A stretch of DNA of 64,000 nt. Origin: Limnothrix sp. BL-A-16. Its GTDB lineage: Bacteria; Cyanobacteriota; Cyanobacteriia; CACIAM-69d. The notes beneath the pieces are model-generated. The model was not told the DNA's origin, did no database searches, and worked only from the letters and a program-made list of their open reading frames with translations. Location: the NCBI GenBank assembly GCA_041937175.2, contig CP166615.1:3936001-4000000 (forward strand). The letters are read 5' to 3'. Numbering within the stretch: position 1 is the first letter of the stretch; each line of letters starts with the position of its first letter. Positions 10,069-22,709 of the stretch are shown here, in pieces. Both the position numbers and the translations under genes were made by a program.

Positions 10069-10712
10069 TCCCAACTTCAGATTCGCAGCCCTCAGATTCC
10101 CAACTCTCCAACTCCCCAACGCCCCCATCCCCTGATTTAGCTCCTTGGCGATCGCCCCTGTCGCGGGCCTTGCACCGTAACCGATCGCTGATCTATGCCC
10201 GCTATTTGCAACTGGCCACGGTGCGCCCCGATGGCAGTCCTGCGAACCGAACGGTGGTCTTTCGGGGATTTCGCGATCGCACGGATTGGCTCACGGTGAT
10301 CACGGACAGCCGCAGCGAAAAGATGCCGCAACTAGCTGCAAATCCCCGCGCGGAAGCCTGTTGGTACTTTCCCAAAACGCGCGAACAATTTCGGATTGCC
10401 GGAACCTTGCGGGCGGTGCTGTCCACCACGCCCGACCCCACGGAGCAGGCCGAGCGATCGCACCTGTGGCAAAACCTCTCGGATGCGGCCCGGTTGCAGT
10501 TTGCCTGGCCCGAGCCTCGGGGCGATCGCACGGTTGATCCGGCCGCCTTTGCGCCGCCGCCGCCGGATTCGATCGCGCCGCTGGAGACCTTTGTGCTGTT
10601 GTGGCTCATCCCTGAGCGGGTGGATTGGCTGGAGCTAAAGGGGGAGCCGCAAAATCGCACCGGGTTCGATCGCACCCCCGACGGTTGGCAAACCCACGCC
10701 CTCAACCCTTAG
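10065..10712 (+). CDS. FMN-dependent pyridoxamine-5'-phosphate-oxidase-type flavoprotein (Npun_F5749-like)
   Basis: LAPWRSPL, YLQLATV..PANRTVVFRGF, CWYFPKTREQFRI. Confidence 0.88.
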   Translation: MIPTSDSQPSDSQLSNSPTPPSPDLAPWRSPLSRALHRNRSLIYARYLQLATVRPDGSPANRTVVFRGFRDRTDWLTVITDSRSEKMPQLAANPRAEACWYFPKTREQFRIAGTLRAVLSTTPDPTEQAERSHLWQNLSDAARLQFAWPEPRGDRTVDPAAFAPPPPDSIAPLETFVLLWLIPERVDWLELKGEPQNRTGFDRTPDGWQTHALNP

Positions 10713-10842
10713 AGGATGTCTGAAAAGCCAAAATTGCTACTCTGTACGCCCCAGGGATCGATGTAGACAAGGGGCTTAAGCCCCTTGCTCCCACGACAAT
10801 TAATGTTTAGCCCGTACTGAAAGATACTTCTCAGACATCCTC
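10712..10842 (+). mobile_element. MITE family A, copy 2 (131 bp)
   Basis: Same TIRs as A1; TTA duplicated at 10709-10711 and 10843-10845; palindrome at 10768-10787. Confidence 0.9.
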
Positions 10843-10861
10843 TTAGGGCGGTGGCTGCCAT

Positions 10862-13150
10862 CTATTGGGGACATTGGGGGTGAATGGCCCCTTGGGTGCA
10901 GAGATAGGCCAACTGGCGGGGATCCAAATTCTTGGCTTGGCTGAAGTCTGCGCCCTTCACCAGGGCCGAGGGCTTTTCGCCGTCGGTGCGGCCCACAAAC
11001 CCACCGGCCGGGGCTGTGTTGGTTGGGGCAAAGATCGCGCCTTTCAGGTTGGCTCCCTCAAACAGGGCCCCGCGTAAATCGGCCTGGGAAAAATCAGTGC
11101 CTTGTAATTGGGCATTTTGCAGTTGTGCCCCTTGCAGGTTGGCTCCGATCAGGCGGGTGGCGCTCAGGTCGGCATTCCGCAGGTTGGCCCGGTTTAAATC
11201 AGCGGTGGATAGATCGCCCCCGCGCCAACTGGCTTCGGTGAGGTCGGCTTGGGCCAAGCTGGCTCCCACGGCCCGGGCTTGACCCAGCTTGGCTCCATGT
11301 AAACTGGCTTGGTTCAGCTTGGCATCTCCGAGATCGGCCCCCGTGAGGCTGGCTCCATCGAGGTTGGCCGCTTCCAGGTTTGCTCCCAGTAGTTTGGCTT
11401 GGCTGAGGTTGGCTCCAATTAAACGCGCACTGGTCAGATTGGTGCCATTCAGGGCGGCCGCAACCAGGCTGGTGCGCTCCAGTTGACCGGTAATTAAGGA
11501 CGCGCCGGTCAGGTCGGCTCCGCGCAAGTCGGCTCCTGAGAGATCGGTGAGGGCATCGTCAAAGGTGTTCCAGCGGCCGTCGGGCCCGGCCGATCGAAAG
11601 ACGGAGCCGCGCAGGTTGGCCCCGGTGAGCACGGCGCTGCGGAGTTTGAGTCCCGAAAGATCAGCCCGATCGAGCACCAGAGAAAATTGAGCGTTGGGCG
11701 AATTGGACTGGCCCAAATCCACGCGGCTGAGGTCGATCGCCCCATCAGCCCCCGATCGCAACCGCAGCAATTTGGCGATCGCCCGTTGGGTGGCCCGCAA
11801 CCGCAGGGCTGCTCGGGTGGCCTCTCCGGTGTTGGGCCCCGCCGCCAAACTATCGGCATCGGTCTTGAGGGTTTGGTTTAACCGTTGCAGATAGGGCAAG
11901 GCGGCCGGCCCGGCGCTGGTGATCGACTGTTGCAGGGCTTCAATGAGCTGTGGGGATTCCTCTTGGCCCAACAAATTCAGCAGCAGCACAATTTCCGGAT
12001 TTGGATCCTGCACGGCCCCCAGGGCCAGCACGGAACCCCGTCGTTGGTCAGGGGCGTTTTGGCTATATTTCGCCACCAAATCCAGCAGCAGTTCCTTCTT
12101 CTGGGCTTGGGCTGCCCGTCGATCGACCTGATCTTGGACATAGATTTGAGTAGCCGCAAAAGTTCCCAACACCAGCACCAAACCGAGCGATCCCACCACC
12201 ACAATCGCCGTACCGGGATTTTGGCGCACCCAACCCCACAGCCCCCGGGCCCCGATCGGGGAAAGGATCAAATTCGTGGTTTCCTGGCCACTAGGATGAT
12301 TCAGGGTCAGCCGCGCTGCCGATCGCTCCGTGAGCGAACCACTGCCCGATCGATCATTAACCAGGAGCGATCGGCCCATGGTGGCCGGCTCGATCGGCCC
12401 CGGTTCCATGGCCGCCATCCCCGGTTCCACCCAGCCTTCCGGGTCTTGCAAGTCCACAACCCGTGTCTTGGCCAATCGATCGCGCCAGGGCCGCCGCTGA
12501 GGATCCAACAGGGCTGCTCCTGACTCCACCGCCAGCCCCACCACCGCCAAACCCAGCAAAATCGACAAATCTGGATAGGCCCCGCTGGCCCGCCACACGC
12601 CATAGGCCGTTCCCAGCGGCAAACCCCAGCGGCCCACCCCTTCTCGCAACAACACCCGCCCCAAACCAGGAGCGCGCCCTTGCTCATCCGTTAATTGCAA
12701 ACCAAACCAGGCCTTCGGCGACGTTTTGCCTGTGGTAGCCAGTAAAAAAAGTTGTAAGCCGCCCAGGGCCACCGGCAACACCAAGGCCCCAGACCAAAAG
12801 AGATTGGTCATCGGAGCCACGGCCGTGGGGCGCAAGTGTGGCGGAATGGCAAAGGTTTTGGCGGCCGCATCCTCCACACTGGCCAGCACCGGATTCAGCG
12901 GAACGGGTGGCCCCTCCAAGGCCGTGCGAGCCGCTTGCCCGATCGCAAAGGGCAAGCCCCCGCTGGCCGCAATCAGCGCCACTTCCACCGCCCAAGCCCC
13001 CATCCGCCGCCACAGAAGTGATCGCCGCTTGGGGCGATCGCTTCCTTCCGGGGCGAAGGTGGAGCCAAAGTCGGGATTAAAGTCGGGATTGTCGTTCGGA
13101 GCAGTCGGCGGGCTAACCATGCGGCGATTCCTGATGACGGCCAAGGTCAT
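10862..13150 (-). CDS. HglK-like RDD-domain membrane protein with C-terminal pentapeptide repeats
   Basis: RRMGAWAVEV...TGKTSPKAWFGL...DRLAKTRVV (RDD), TM helix, HEAT-like linker, A(D/N)LXX repeats. Confidence 0.85.
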   Translation of the reverse strand: MTLAVIRNRRMVSPPTAPNDNPDFNPDFGSTFAPEGSDRPKRRSLLWRRMGAWAVEVALIAASGGLPFAIGQAARTALEGPPVPLNPVLASVEDAAAKTFAIPPHLRPTAVAPMTNLFWSGALVLPVALGGLQLFLLATTGKTSPKAWFGLQLTDEQGRAPGLGRVLLREGVGRWGLPLGTAYGVWRASGAYPDLSILLGLAVVGLAVESGAALLDPQRRPWRDRLAKTRVVDLQDPEGWVEPGMAAMEPGPIEPATMGRSLLVNDRSGSGSLTERSAARLTLNHPSGQETTNLILSPIGARGLWGWVRQNPGTAIVVVGSLGLVLVLGTFAATQIYVQDQVDRRAAQAQKKELLLDLVAKYSQNAPDQRRGSVLALGAVQDPNPEIVLLLNLLGQEESPQLIEALQQSITSAGPAALPYLQRLNQTLKTDADSLAAGPNTGEATRAALRLRATQRAIAKLLRLRSGADGAIDLSRVDLGQSNSPNAQFSLVLDRADLSGLKLRSAVLTGANLRGSVFRSAGPDGRWNTFDDALTDLSGADLRGADLTGASLITGQLERTSLVAAALNGTNLTSARLIGANLSQAKLLGANLEAANLDGASLTGADLGDAKLNQASLHGAKLGQARAVGASLAQADLTEASWRGGDLSTADLNRANLRNADLSATRLIGANLQGAQLQNAQLQGTDFSQADLRGALFEGANLKGAIFAPTNTAPAGGFVGRTDGEKPSALVKGADFSQAKNLDPRQLAYLCTQGAIHPQCPQ

Positions 13151-13884
13151 GGGGAGGACAAAACCAGACTACTCGAACCTTAGGCGAGGCACAGCCCTTC
13201 CTGGGGCCGCATCAGGCTTTGGGCGTTGCCAGCCTGGAACGCAGCTTTGGGCGCAACCCATGACCGAAATTGGGCCTACCCATCATGCCACAACCCCATT
13301 GGTACTCAAGTAACTCAAGGGTTGAAAGGCTGGCCCTTAGGTCAATGAAAATTTCAGTGCGCAAGCCCCCAAGTCAAGTTCTCAAACTGCTGCTAATGAA
13401 GGCTTTTGCGCCTAAGGTGGCTGACCGAGAGCGGCGGGATCGGTGAAATGCTTGTGGGTGAAATGTGACTGCTCACCTTGCTTTCTGCTCGGGCCTGGTT
13501 GCCCAATAGCGGTCTTGGGAGCCGATCACCCAATTTCACCGGTTTTTGCTGCTTTACGAGTTCAGGGGCCTTTTTTCACTGTTGTTCGATCGGACAGGGC
13601 GATCAAGCAACTGATCAATGATCCAGCGCTAACCCGTATTTTTTGTAGTTCTCAATACAAAAAGATCCGTAAATTTACAGAAACTTCCCATTTAATAATT
13701 CAAGGTAAAAATCAAGTTAAATTCAATCACCTTTTAAATTCACATTTAATGAAAAAGTATTTGAATGACCGTTTCAGACCACTCCAGCCTGAAGCGAACT
13801 GTCTTGAATCATCGACCATTTTTTTCATTAATTACCCCTTATCCTCTCTTGCGATCTCCGGAAAGAGAAAGCACTATAGATTTA

Positions 13885-14046
13885 ATGGACAACAGTCCAC
13901 AGATGGGAAACATTCGGGATCGTAGCCCAAGTGAAGTTTGGCATGATTATGTATCAGATTGGGAACAATTCGATACAGGGGAACCCAAATCAAACCAAGC
14001 AAACTTGTTGGCTCTTAGGCATCTTAAGGAAGCTTTAGCATGGTGA
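13885..14046 (+). CDS. Possible small protein translationally coupled to the downstream oxidoreductase
   Basis: 53 aa; stop overlaps the next start (ATGGTGA). Confidence 0.35.
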   Translation: MDNSPQMGNIRDRSPSEVWHDYVSDWEQFDTGEPKSNQANLLALRHLKEALAW

Positions 14047-16145
14047 AAGTTGTCATCCTCGGTGGTGGTATTGCCGGAATGAGCGCCGCCCATGAGTTAG
14101 TTGAGCGGGGTTTTGCCGTTGAAGTGTATGAACTCAAAAGCATTGCGGGCGGCAAGGCGCGCAGCATCAAAGTGCCAGACAGCGCTGCCCCAGGCAAACA
14201 GCCCCTGCCGGGTGAGCATGGGTTTCGCTTCTTTCCCAGCTTTTATCGGCATGTGACCGACACCATGAAGCGCATTCCTTACCAGCCTCCTCAGGGTGGA
14301 AAATTGCGCAGGGTTTTTGACAATTTGGTGGACACCACTCGGTTAGCATTGGCGCAATATGAGGATCACAAAAACCTCATTATCCTGCCCGATCGCTTTC
14401 CCCAAAGCCTAGGAGACCTGATCCTCATTTTTCGGGCTTTGCTGCAAGGGGCTACCGCTGACCTCTTGCCCGGTGAATTGGAGTTCTTTGCAGAACGCGT
14501 TTTCCAACTCCTAACCTCCTGTCCAGAACGCCGCCTGGGAGAATATGAAAAAATTGGCTGGTGGGATTATTTGGATGCCCAAAACAAGTCGATCGCCTAT
14601 CAAAATTTACTGGCCCGCGGCCTGACCACCTCGCTCGTGGCTTCCCGGGCTGAATTGGCCAGTACCAAGACCATGGGCGATATCTTCTTGCAGCTTTTGT
14701 TGGGCATTGTAGATCCCAGCAACAGCAGCGCCGATCGCGTCTTGAATGGCCCGACCAATGATGTTTGGATTGATCCCTGGCTAAAATACCTCAAGGCCCG
14801 GGGTGTGGAATATCATTTTTCCAGCCGCCTGCGTTCCATCCAAACGGAACGGGATGCCCAGGGCAACACCAAAATTTCAGGGGCGATCGTCACTGACTTA
14901 GAAACCAAGGTCGATCGCTTTGTCACGGGTGATGTTTACATTGCTGCCCTGCCCGCAGAAATTATCGCTGGACTGATCTCCGATGACCTGATTCAAGGCG
15001 ATCCCACCTTCGCCAACCTCAAGCGCCTGGCAACCAGCACCGCCTGGATGAACGGTATTCAGTACTATCTCAACCGAGATGTGCCCGTCACCCATGGCCA
15101 CGTGTTGTATGTGGATTCCCCTTGGGCCTTAACGTCCATTTCCCAAACCAAGTTTTGGCCAGAATTTCCCGTTGAACAATTTGGCGATGGGCAAGTCCGA
15201 GGCATCATCTCCGCCATCCCCTCCAACTGGGGTTACTTCATCAACCCAAACACCGATGAAGTGGGCGCAATCAACGGTACGTTGGGGCTGAAAATTCCCA
15301 AACCAGCCCAAATTTGCAACCCCGAGGAGATTAAGGAAGAAGTGTGGGAGCAAATGAAGCGCTCCTTGAAGGAAAAGGGGAAACCGCTCCTGAAAGATGA
15401 GGATCTTCATAGCTGGTTTTTGGATCCCGATATTGTTCACAACTGCTGTGACTTAGCAACCGATCCTGAAAAACTCGATGAAGTCTTGAATGGTGCATTA
15501 CCTGACTTCTTCAAGGATCTATTTTTGTGGATTCATCACCAGAACCGCGAAGTTACCTTGGAGGAGATTGCTGAGTATCTCAATGTGGATCAAAGCCAAG
15601 CCCGGTTGGCGGTGAATGCGCTAGTGGCGAAGGGATTTGTGGGGCCGATTCCACTGCCAGTGCCTAACGAGAAACTGCACCTGGAGTCCTCACAGCTATC
15701 CCAGCGTTTTCATGAACGATTGGGACGAGAAAGACTGCTCTACAAGAGCCGCATTGGTGACCCTAACGCCAATGTTAACGGTGAACCCTTGCTGGTCAAT
15801 CTGGTGAATACTTGGGTGCTGCGTCCGGAAGCCCATACCAAGATTCCCAACTTTTTCTTGGCCTCAGACTATGTGCGCACCAACACGGACTTGGCAACCA
15901 TGGAAGGAGCCAATGAAGCAGCTCGCCGGGCAGTGAACGCCATCATTGATGCTTATCAAGTCAAGGCTCCCTATTGCAAAATTTGGGAATTAAGGGAGCC
16001 AATTGTGTTTGCAGTTCGTCGTTGGTCAGACTATTTGCGCTACAAGCGGGGACTGCCCTGGAACGGAAAGGTTTCACCTTGGTATTTGCGGCTATTTTTT
16101 CCCTTTATTGCCCTATGGCAATTAATAAACCGTTGGTTTAGCTAG
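14040..16145 (+). CDS. FAD-dependent oxidoreductase (carotene/hydroxysqualene desaturase-like) with an internal winged-helix-like insertion
   Basis: GGGIAGMSAA..E...GGKARS, GEHGFRFFP, FLASDYV...ATMEGANEAARRAVNAI. Confidence 0.88.
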   Translation: MVKVVILGGGIAGMSAAHELVERGFAVEVYELKSIAGGKARSIKVPDSAAPGKQPLPGEHGFRFFPSFYRHVTDTMKRIPYQPPQGGKLRRVFDNLVDTTRLALAQYEDHKNLIILPDRFPQSLGDLILIFRALLQGATADLLPGELEFFAERVFQLLTSCPERRLGEYEKIGWWDYLDAQNKSIAYQNLLARGLTTSLVASRAELASTKTMGDIFLQLLLGIVDPSNSSADRVLNGPTNDVWIDPWLKYLKARGVEYHFSSRLRSIQTERDAQGNTKISGAIVTDLETKVDRFVTGDVYIAALPAEIIAGLISDDLIQGDPTFANLKRLATSTAWMNGIQYYLNRDVPVTHGHVLYVDSPWALTSISQTKFWPEFPVEQFGDGQVRGIISAIPSNWGYFINPNTDEVGAINGTLGLKIPKPAQICNPEEIKEEVWEQMKRSLKEKGKPLLKDEDLHSWFLDPDIVHNCCDLATDPEKLDEVLNGALPDFFKDLFLWIHHQNREVTLEEIAEYLNVDQSQARLAVNALVAKGFVGPIPLPVPNEKLHLESSQLSQRFHERLGRERLLYKSRIGDPNANVNGEPLLVNLVNTWVLRPEAHTKIPNFFLASDYVRTNTDLATMEGANEAARRAVNAIIDAYQVKAPYCKIWELREPIVFAVRRWSDYLRYKRGLPWNGKVSPWYLRLFFPFIALWQLINRWFS

Positions 16146-16504
16146 CGTTTGCCTTCGAGGGAAGAGTCATCGATCACGATTTGATGTTAATATCACTTTA
16201 CTAATGTCTAATCGTGACCGATGTCATAACATCTAGTTTGAACATTGATGACCAATCTAAATTCGACATGGCCAATCGCTTCAGTGGGCAAGTCTTTAGT
16301 TGGTAAGCCGAAATTAATTGATTTTGAGCATGAGAGCGAAAATTTAGTAAAAACATGACAATTTAGCAAAGTCAAGCAATAATTACAAATTCATGTGAAT
16401 CTAGATTCAGGGTTGACTTACAGCCTTCAAGATTGATTATATTTCGATTTTGCCCCTGCTCTGATTCTGGTTTTGTTTGTAAATTGCGCTGCCACTAAAT
16501 TGCT

Positions 16505-19500
16505 ATGGACATGTTCGCTCAGTATCAAATTTCAGAGGTTCTTTCAACAACCGAACGGACGATTGTCTATCGGGCAGTGAAACAACCAGAGCAAAAGCCG
16601 GTCATCTTAAAAACGGTGGCCTCTGATTATCCTAATCGGGCTGATTTGGCTAAGCTTCAACATGAGTATGAAGTGCTCAGAAATTTAAATCTAGAAGGGG
16701 TTGTGGAAGCCTATGGACTTGATGAAATTCAGGGAAAACCCTTTTTAGTTCTTGAAGACTTTGGAGGGTGTGACTTGATCTCTTGCCTCCAAAATCAATC
16801 GCTTTCACTGGGTGATATTCTATGGATTGGTTGTCAGTTGGCGGCAATTTTAGGACGGTTGCATAACTGCCAAATTATTCACAAGGATATTAAGCCACAT
16901 AATCTAATCTTTGAACCTAAGGTTCGGCAATTAAAGCTAACAGACTTTTCGATCGCCTCTCGCCTTTCCAAGGAACATCCGATCCTCAGTAGTCCCAATC
17001 TTTTGGAGGGGACGTTGCTCTATGTGTCGCCAGAGCAAACGGGACGCATGAACCGCACGGTGGACTATCGAACCGATTTTTATTCTTTGGGTGTCACGCT
17101 CTATGAGTTATTAACGGGTCAGCTTCCTTTCCAATCCAGCGATCCCATGGAATTGGTACATTGCCATATTGCAAAGTCACCCATTCCGCCTCATTACCTC
17201 AATGTCCAAATTCCGCCTCAAGTGTCGGCAGTGATTTTGAAGCTGATGGCCAAAACGGCGGAAGAACGCTACCAAAGCGCCTATGGCATTCAGCGAGATT
17301 TGGAGGAATGCCTGAGCCAGTGGCAACGGTCTGGTTCGATCGCCCCGTTTCCCCTGGCGGAACGTGATCAGTGCGGCACGTTCTGCATTCCCCAGAAGCT
17401 CTACGGGCGGGAAGTGGAAGTGCAACAGCTTTTGGCTGTGTTTGATCGCGTCAGTGCGGGAAATACGGAAATGGTGCTGGTGGCGGGCTATTCCGGCATC
17501 GGTAAATCGGCTTTGGTGAATGAGGTGCATAAGCCGATCGCCCGTCAGCGTGGGTACTTCATTAGCGGCAAGTTTGACCAATTTCAGCGCAATGTTCCCT
17601 ATGCTTCTCCGATTCAAGCATTCCGCGAATTAGCGCGACAGTTGCTGACCGAAACGGAGGAACAAATTTCGGTTTGGCGCGCAAAATTGACCGCAGCTTT
17701 GGGCAGCAATGGATCAATCATTACCGACGTGATTCCCGAATTGGAATCGATTATTGGTCGCCAAGCGCCAGCGCCAGAGTTACCACCCTCCGAAGCCCAA
17801 AATCGCTTCAATTTGGTCTTTCGCACCTTCATCCATGTGTTTTGTCAGGTCGATCGACCGCTGGTCATTTTTCTAGATGATTTGCAATGGGCCGATGCGG
17901 CTTCCTTGCAGCTGATTGAACAGTTAATGACCGATCCCGATGGGCAATATTTGCTGATGTTGGGGGCCTATCGGGACAATGAAGTGGATTCCATGCATCC
18001 CCTGCTGCGGATGCTAAGTACGATCAATGCGGAGGGAGCCAAACTGCAAACCATTACCCTCAAGCCCTTGACGCTCGATCATGTGTTGACCTTGGTGGGC
18101 GATACCTTGCACCGACCATCGAAAAGCGTGGAACCCATCGCCCAGTTGTTGGTGCAAAAAACCCAGGGAAATCCATTTTTCCTAACGCAGTTGTTTAAAT
18201 ATCTCTATGTTGAAGGAGTGATTTGGTTTGAGTCTGAAACAGGGCAATGGGAATGGAGCTTTCAGCATTTGCCTTCCATTGAAGTCACAGAAAATGTGAT
18301 TAATTTGATGGTTCATGAAATCCAAAAATTGGATATTTCTGTGCAACGGGCTTTGCAACTGGCCGCCTGCATTGGTAACCAATTTGATTTGGACATGTTG
18401 GCAATTGTCCATGAGAAATCTACGGCTGAAACTTCCGCAGATTTGTGGCAAGCCCTTCAGGCAGGGTTGGTTATCCCGCTTAATACGGCTTACAAAATTC
18501 CACAAGTTTTGGAAGATTGTCAAACCATCACCATCACCTACAAGTTTCTTCACGATCGCGTACAGCAAGCGGCTTACTCGTTAATTCCCGATGATGAAAA
18601 GCAACTTATCCATCTAACAGTGGGCCGTTTGTTACTCAACAGCATTGAACCCGATCGGCTGGATGACTACTTGTTTGATGTGGTGAATGCAATGAATGTG
18701 GGTTCCGCCCTCATAACCAATTCTCAGGAACAGCTCCTCTTGGCGCGGCTCAATGATCGAGCGGGCAGTAAAGCGAAGGCTGCGGCGGCCTACAGCTCGG
18801 CCCAAGAATACTTGGAAATGGGTCGTCAATTGTTGCCGGAAAATGCTTGGGAAACGGACTATGAATTAACATTCAGTCTTTATACCGAAAGTGTTGAAGT
18901 TGAATATTTACTGGCTCAATTTGAAAAAGCTCAGACCCTCTCGGAAGTTGCCTTGAAGCAATCACAATCGCTGCTTGATCGCACAAAAATTTATGAATTA
19001 AAAATTCAATTTCTGATCGCTGAAAACCAAATGCAAAGCGCGATCGAAACAGCTTTGCCTGTCTTGGAGCTGCTGGGCTATCCCTTGGTGGTTGATCCGC
19101 AATTGTTGCAACTGAATCAGCCGCTGCCAGAGCTAGATCAGTTGGCCAACTGCCCAGAGATGAGCGATCGCGCTGCTCTGGCGGCCCTCAAAATTCTGAT
19201 TATTATTACGGGCCCCTCTTACCAAGCAAGACCCGATTTGCTGCCCTTCATCGTCTTTCGGATGGTGAACATGTGCCTAGAGCTGGGCCATTCCGCCCTC
19301 GCCGCCTACGCCTATGGCATGTATGGATTGTTATTGTGTGGCCCCTTAGATCAAATTGAATTGGGTTATCGATCGGGACAAATTTCCCTGCGAATTTTGG
19401 AGCAATACCCTTCGGATGCTCTGAAATGCAAAATCCACATGCTCTTCAATTCCTTTGTGGTTCATTGGAAAGAGCCGCATCAAAACACGATTCAATTCCT

Positions 19501-21907
19501 TGAGCGCACAGTGCAAATGGGAATGGAAACGGGCGATGTGGTTTATGCCACTTACTGTGCCATGTGGTCTTGTGGCTACATGATGCTGGTGGGAATGCCC
19601 CTGACGGAAGTCGCCCGAGAGCAACAGCTTTATATCGAATTGCTCCAGAAGATTAAACAAGATCATGGTCTATATCCAGCCATGACCTGGCGACAACTAA
19701 CGGAAGCTTTGGAATCACTGGAAGCTCCCACTTCCCAACTGGAAGGTCGCTATATCAACCGCCAATTGGTTTCAGAGATTCAAGCCTCTGAAAACCAAAT
19801 GTTGCTCTTTTTCATCTACTTTGCTGAAACTATTCTGGCTTACGTGATGAATGACTGGGAAGCGGCTAAAACCAAGGTGGATTTGGCTGCTCAATACCAA
19901 GCAGCAGCTCAGGCTTCCATGCTGTCTGGTGGCTTTACTTTCTATGCCGCATTGGTTTATCTAAAAACTGCTCAATTTAGCGATTCAGCTATTTCAAATG
20001 TGAATGTAAATGCTGATGAAAAAGATCAACGTTCAACCTTAGAATGTTTGATTGCTAAGCTGAAAAATTGGTCAAATCACGCACCAGAAAACTATCAAAG
20101 TAAATATGAATTGGTGATGGCGGAAACGGCCCGTTGGCAAGGGGAAATCCTCTGCGCCATGGACTATTACGATCGCGCCATGAACACAGCCCAAACCCAT
20201 GGTCTTTGGGCTGAAGTTGCGATCGCCGCCGAGCGCGCCGCCGAGCTATATCAGGATTCCGGGCGTGGCAAAATTGCGAAACAATATTGGTTGGATGCGA
20301 TTCATGCTTACGATCGCTGGGGAGCCAAAGCCAAGGTCGCCGCGCTCCAGACCAAAGTTTTGCCCCTGCAAAATCTATCTCCTCGGCGATCGCCCACCTT
20401 GCCGCCCAAGGGCACCCAGCACTCTACTCATCCCCACACAACCGCCAGTACGGTACTGGACATTAACACCGTAATTAAAGCGGCCCAAGCCCTTTCTCGG
20501 GAAATTGTGTTGTCACAATTGCTAACGCAATTAACGCGGTTAACCCTGGAAAATGCAGGAGCCCAAACCGGCTATTTGCTACTCAAGGATCCTCAAAAAA
20601 ATAATCAGTTAATGGTGGTAGCGACCAGCCATGTGGAAGGGCAAACGGCCGTAGATGTTCCCCTGAACTGCCCCTTATCTCCGAGTTTATCTTTGCCGGT
20701 TTCCCTAATTCAATACGTGCAACGAACTCAAGAATCAGTGGTTTTGGGAAATGCCATGGCCGAAGGACTATTTACCAATGATCCTTACATTGCAAACCAT
20801 CAAATTCAATCGGTGATTTGTATGCCCATTACTCAACAAGGACAGTTAATGGGCGTTCTCTATTTGGAGAATAATTTGGCGATCGATGCTTTCACGCCCG
20901 ATCGCCTGGAAGTGTTGCAAATTCTGATGGCGCAGGCGGCTATTTCCATTGAAAATGCGCGTCTCTACCGAAACTTGGAAGACTACAGCAACAATCTGGA
21001 AAAGAAAGTAGCTGCTCGCACTCAGGAGCTAACCGAAAGAAATCAGCAATTGAAGATTACACTCCAAGAACTGCAACAAACCCAAGCGCAATTGATTCAA
21101 GCGGAAAAAATGTCGAGCTTGGGGCAAATGGTGGCGGGTATTGCTCACGAAATTAATAATCCAATTAGTTTCATCATGGGAAATATTACCCATGCCCGGT
21201 CATATTTTTTAGACTTGCTGGATTTGTTGGCACTCCATGAGCAGCATTCCTCTGCAATTCATCCAATTGTTCAGGCAAAAATGCAAGAAATGGAGCTGGA
21301 TTTCTTGAAGGAAGATTTGAACAGTCTGTTTCACTCCATGCAAAATGGAGTCGATCGGGTTCGGCAAATTGTCCTAGGACTGCGAAATTTCTCGCGCTTG
21401 GATGAATCGGATCAAAAACAAGTAGACCTGCACGAAGGAATTGACAACACGCTGCTGATTTTGCAACACCGATTACAGGTACAAAGCCAACAGCCAAAAA
21501 TTAGCGTGTTAAAAAACTATGGTGAAATTCCGTTGGTGAATTGCTACGCCAGTATGGTGAATCAGGTCTTTTTGAATATTTTGACTAATGCGATCGATGC
21601 CTTGCGATCGCCCGCCGGTTTTGCCTTGCAGCCAATGCCCGAAATTTCCATTGAAACTCGCAAAATTAGCGATCGCACTGTGCAAATTTCCATTACCGAT
21701 AATGGCCCAGGTATGGAAGACACTGTGCGACAAAAAATCTTTGATCCCTTCTTCACCACAAAACCCGTGGGCGAAGGCAAAGGATTGGGGTTGTCGGTTA
21801 GCTATCAGATCATTACCCAACAACATCAGGGACAGTTATCTTGTCAGTCTGCACCCCAACAGGGAACCACATTAATGATTGAGTTACCCATTGCTGGCCC
21901 ATCCTAA
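16505..21907 (+). CDS. Hybrid Ser/Thr kinase - AAA ATPase - GAF - histidine kinase (HstK type)
   Basis: [18 protein letters not shown], Walker [20 protein letters not shown] (LYLENN), H-box AHEINNP, N/G/F boxes. Confidence 0.95.
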   Translation: MDMFAQYQISEVLSTTERTIVYRAVKQPEQKPVILKTVASDYPNRADLAKLQHEYEVLRNLNLEGVVEAYGLDEIQGKPFLVLEDFGGCDLISCLQNQSLSLGDILWIGCQLAAILGRLHNCQIIHKDIKPHNLIFEPKVRQLKLTDFSIASRLSKEHPILSSPNLLEGTLLYVSPEQTGRMNRTVDYRTDFYSLGVTLYELLTGQLPFQSSDPMELVHCHIAKSPIPPHYLNVQIPPQVSAVILKLMAKTAEERYQSAYGIQRDLEECLSQWQRSGSIAPFPLAERDQCGTFCIPQKLYGREVEVQQLLAVFDRVSAGNTEMVLVAGYSGIGKSALVNEVHKPIARQRGYFISGKFDQFQRNVPYASPIQAFRELARQLLTETEEQISVWRAKLTAALGSNGSIITDVIPELESIIGRQAPAPELPPSEAQNRFNLVFRTFIHVFCQVDRPLVIFLDDLQWADAASLQLIEQLMTDPDGQYLLMLGAYRDNEVDSMHPLLRMLSTINAEGAKLQTITLKPLTLDHVLTLVGDTLHRPSKSVEPIAQLLVQKTQGNPFFLTQLFKYLYVEGVIWFESETGQWEWSFQHLPSIEVTENVINLMVHEIQKLDISVQRALQLAACIGNQFDLDMLAIVHEKSTAETSADLWQALQAGLVIPLNTAYKIPQVLEDCQTITITYKFLHDRVQQAAYSLIPDDEKQLIHLTVGRLLLNSIEPDRLDDYLFDVVNAMNVGSALITNSQEQLLLARLNDRAGSKAKAAAAYSSAQEYLEMGRQLLPENAWETDYELTFSLYTESVEVEYLLAQFEKAQTLSEVALKQSQSLLDRTKIYELKIQFLIAENQMQSAIETALPVLELLGYPLVVDPQLLQLNQPLPELDQLANCPEMSDRAALAALKILIIITGPSYQARPDLLPFIVFRMVNMCLELGHSALAAYAYGMYGLLLCGPLDQIELGYRSGQISLRILEQYPSDALKCKIHMLFNSFVVHWKEPHQNTIQFLERTVQMGMETGDVVYATYCAMWSCGYMMLVGMPLTEVAREQQLYIELLQKIKQDHGLYPAMTWRQLTEALESLEAPTSQLEGRYINRQLVSEIQASENQMLLFFIYFAETILAYVMNDWEAAKTKVDLAAQYQAAAQASMLSGGFTFYAALVYLKTAQFSDSAISNVNVNADEKDQRSTLECLIAKLKNWSNHAPENYQSKYELVMAETARWQGEILCAMDYYDRAMNTAQTHGLWAEVAIAAERAAELYQDSGRGKIAKQYWLDAIHAYDRWGAKAKVAALQTKVLPLQNLSPRRSPTLPPKGTQHSTHPHTTASTVLDINTVIKAAQALSREIVLSQLLTQLTRLTLENAGAQTGYLLLKDPQKNNQLMVVATSHVEGQTAVDVPLNCPLSPSLSLPVSLIQYVQRTQESVVLGNAMAEGLFTNDPYIANHQIQSVICMPITQQGQLMGVLYLENNLAIDAFTPDRLEVLQILMAQAAISIENARLYRNLEDYSNNLEKKVAARTQELTERNQQLKITLQELQQTQAQLIQAEKMSSLGQMVAGIAHEINNPISFIMGNITHARSYFLDLLDLLALHEQHSSAIHPIVQAKMQEMELDFLKEDLNSLFHSMQNGVDRVRQIVLGLRNFSRLDESDQKQVDLHEGIDNTLLILQHRLQVQSQQPKISVLKNYGEIPLVNCYASMVNQVFLNILTNAIDALRSPAGFALQPMPEISIETRKISDRTVQISITDNGPGMEDTVRQKIFDPFFTTKPVGEGKGLGLSVSYQIITQQHQGQLSCQSAPQQGTTLMIELPIAGPS

Positions 21908-22010
21908 GGGGCTAATGATCCTGGCAAAGTTTCATCAAATTTGCCAGAATTTTTAAATTGAACCCGTGGGCTACAAGCTCATCTTACGATTTCATGGGTG
22001 ACCCATTACT

Positions 22011-22631
22011 ATGACTAGTCAATTACGAATTGGGGTGGCTGGACCAGTCGGTTCTGGAAAAACAGCATTGGTTGATGCCCTTTGCAAAAAATTGCGCGAT
22101 CAATATAGTTTAGCGGTGGTGACCAACGATATTTACACCCAAGAGGATGCACAGTTTTTAGTTCGGAGCGCCGCCCTTTCACCCGATCGAATTGTGGGTG
22201 TGGAAACGGGCGGTTGCCCCCACACGGCTATCCGAGAAGATGCCTCCATTAATCTAGTGGCGATCGAGCAATTAGAGGCTAAATTTGTGCAGGGCGATCG
22301 TCCTATTCAAATCACCTTTGTTGAAAGCGGGGGAGATAACTTGGCCGCCACTTTTAGCCCAGAGTTAGTTGATTTAACGATTTACGTGATTGATGTGGCA
22401 GCCGGTGACAAAATTCCCCGAAAAGGGGGGCCGGGCATCACGAAATCTGATCTCTTGGTGATTAATAAAATCGATTTAGCTCCCCATGTGGGTGCTGACT
22501 TAGCCATCATGGAACGGGATGCCCAAAAAATGCGGGGCGATCGTCCTTTTCTTTTCAGCAATCTGAAAACGGGCCATGGGTTGCCCGAAATTATTGGCTT
22601 TATTGAACAGCAGTTGCCCCCGGTTTCCTAG
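22011..22631 (+). CDS. ureG: Urease accessory GTPase UreG
   Basis: [30 protein letters not shown]. Confidence 0.97.
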   Translation: MTSQLRIGVAGPVGSGKTALVDALCKKLRDQYSLAVVTNDIYTQEDAQFLVRSAALSPDRIVGVETGGCPHTAIREDASINLVAIEQLEAKFVQGDRPIQITFVESGGDNLAATFSPELVDLTIYVIDVAAGDKIPRKGGPGITKSDLLVINKIDLAPHVGADLAIMERDAQKMRGDRPFLFSNLKTGHGLPEIIGFIEQQLPPVS

Positions 22632-22709
22632 GGAATACTTGAATAATCAAAGCCGATTAATTGCCTGACTTTAATTCATGATTGATCAATAGGTTAATCC
22701 ATGGGTTAA

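Noticed and set aside
13380..13540. Riboswitch-like region with repeated ggtgaaatg and complementary tcacc
   Set aside because: No recognisable riboswitch consensus; the pairing is short and cannot be supported without a covariance search.
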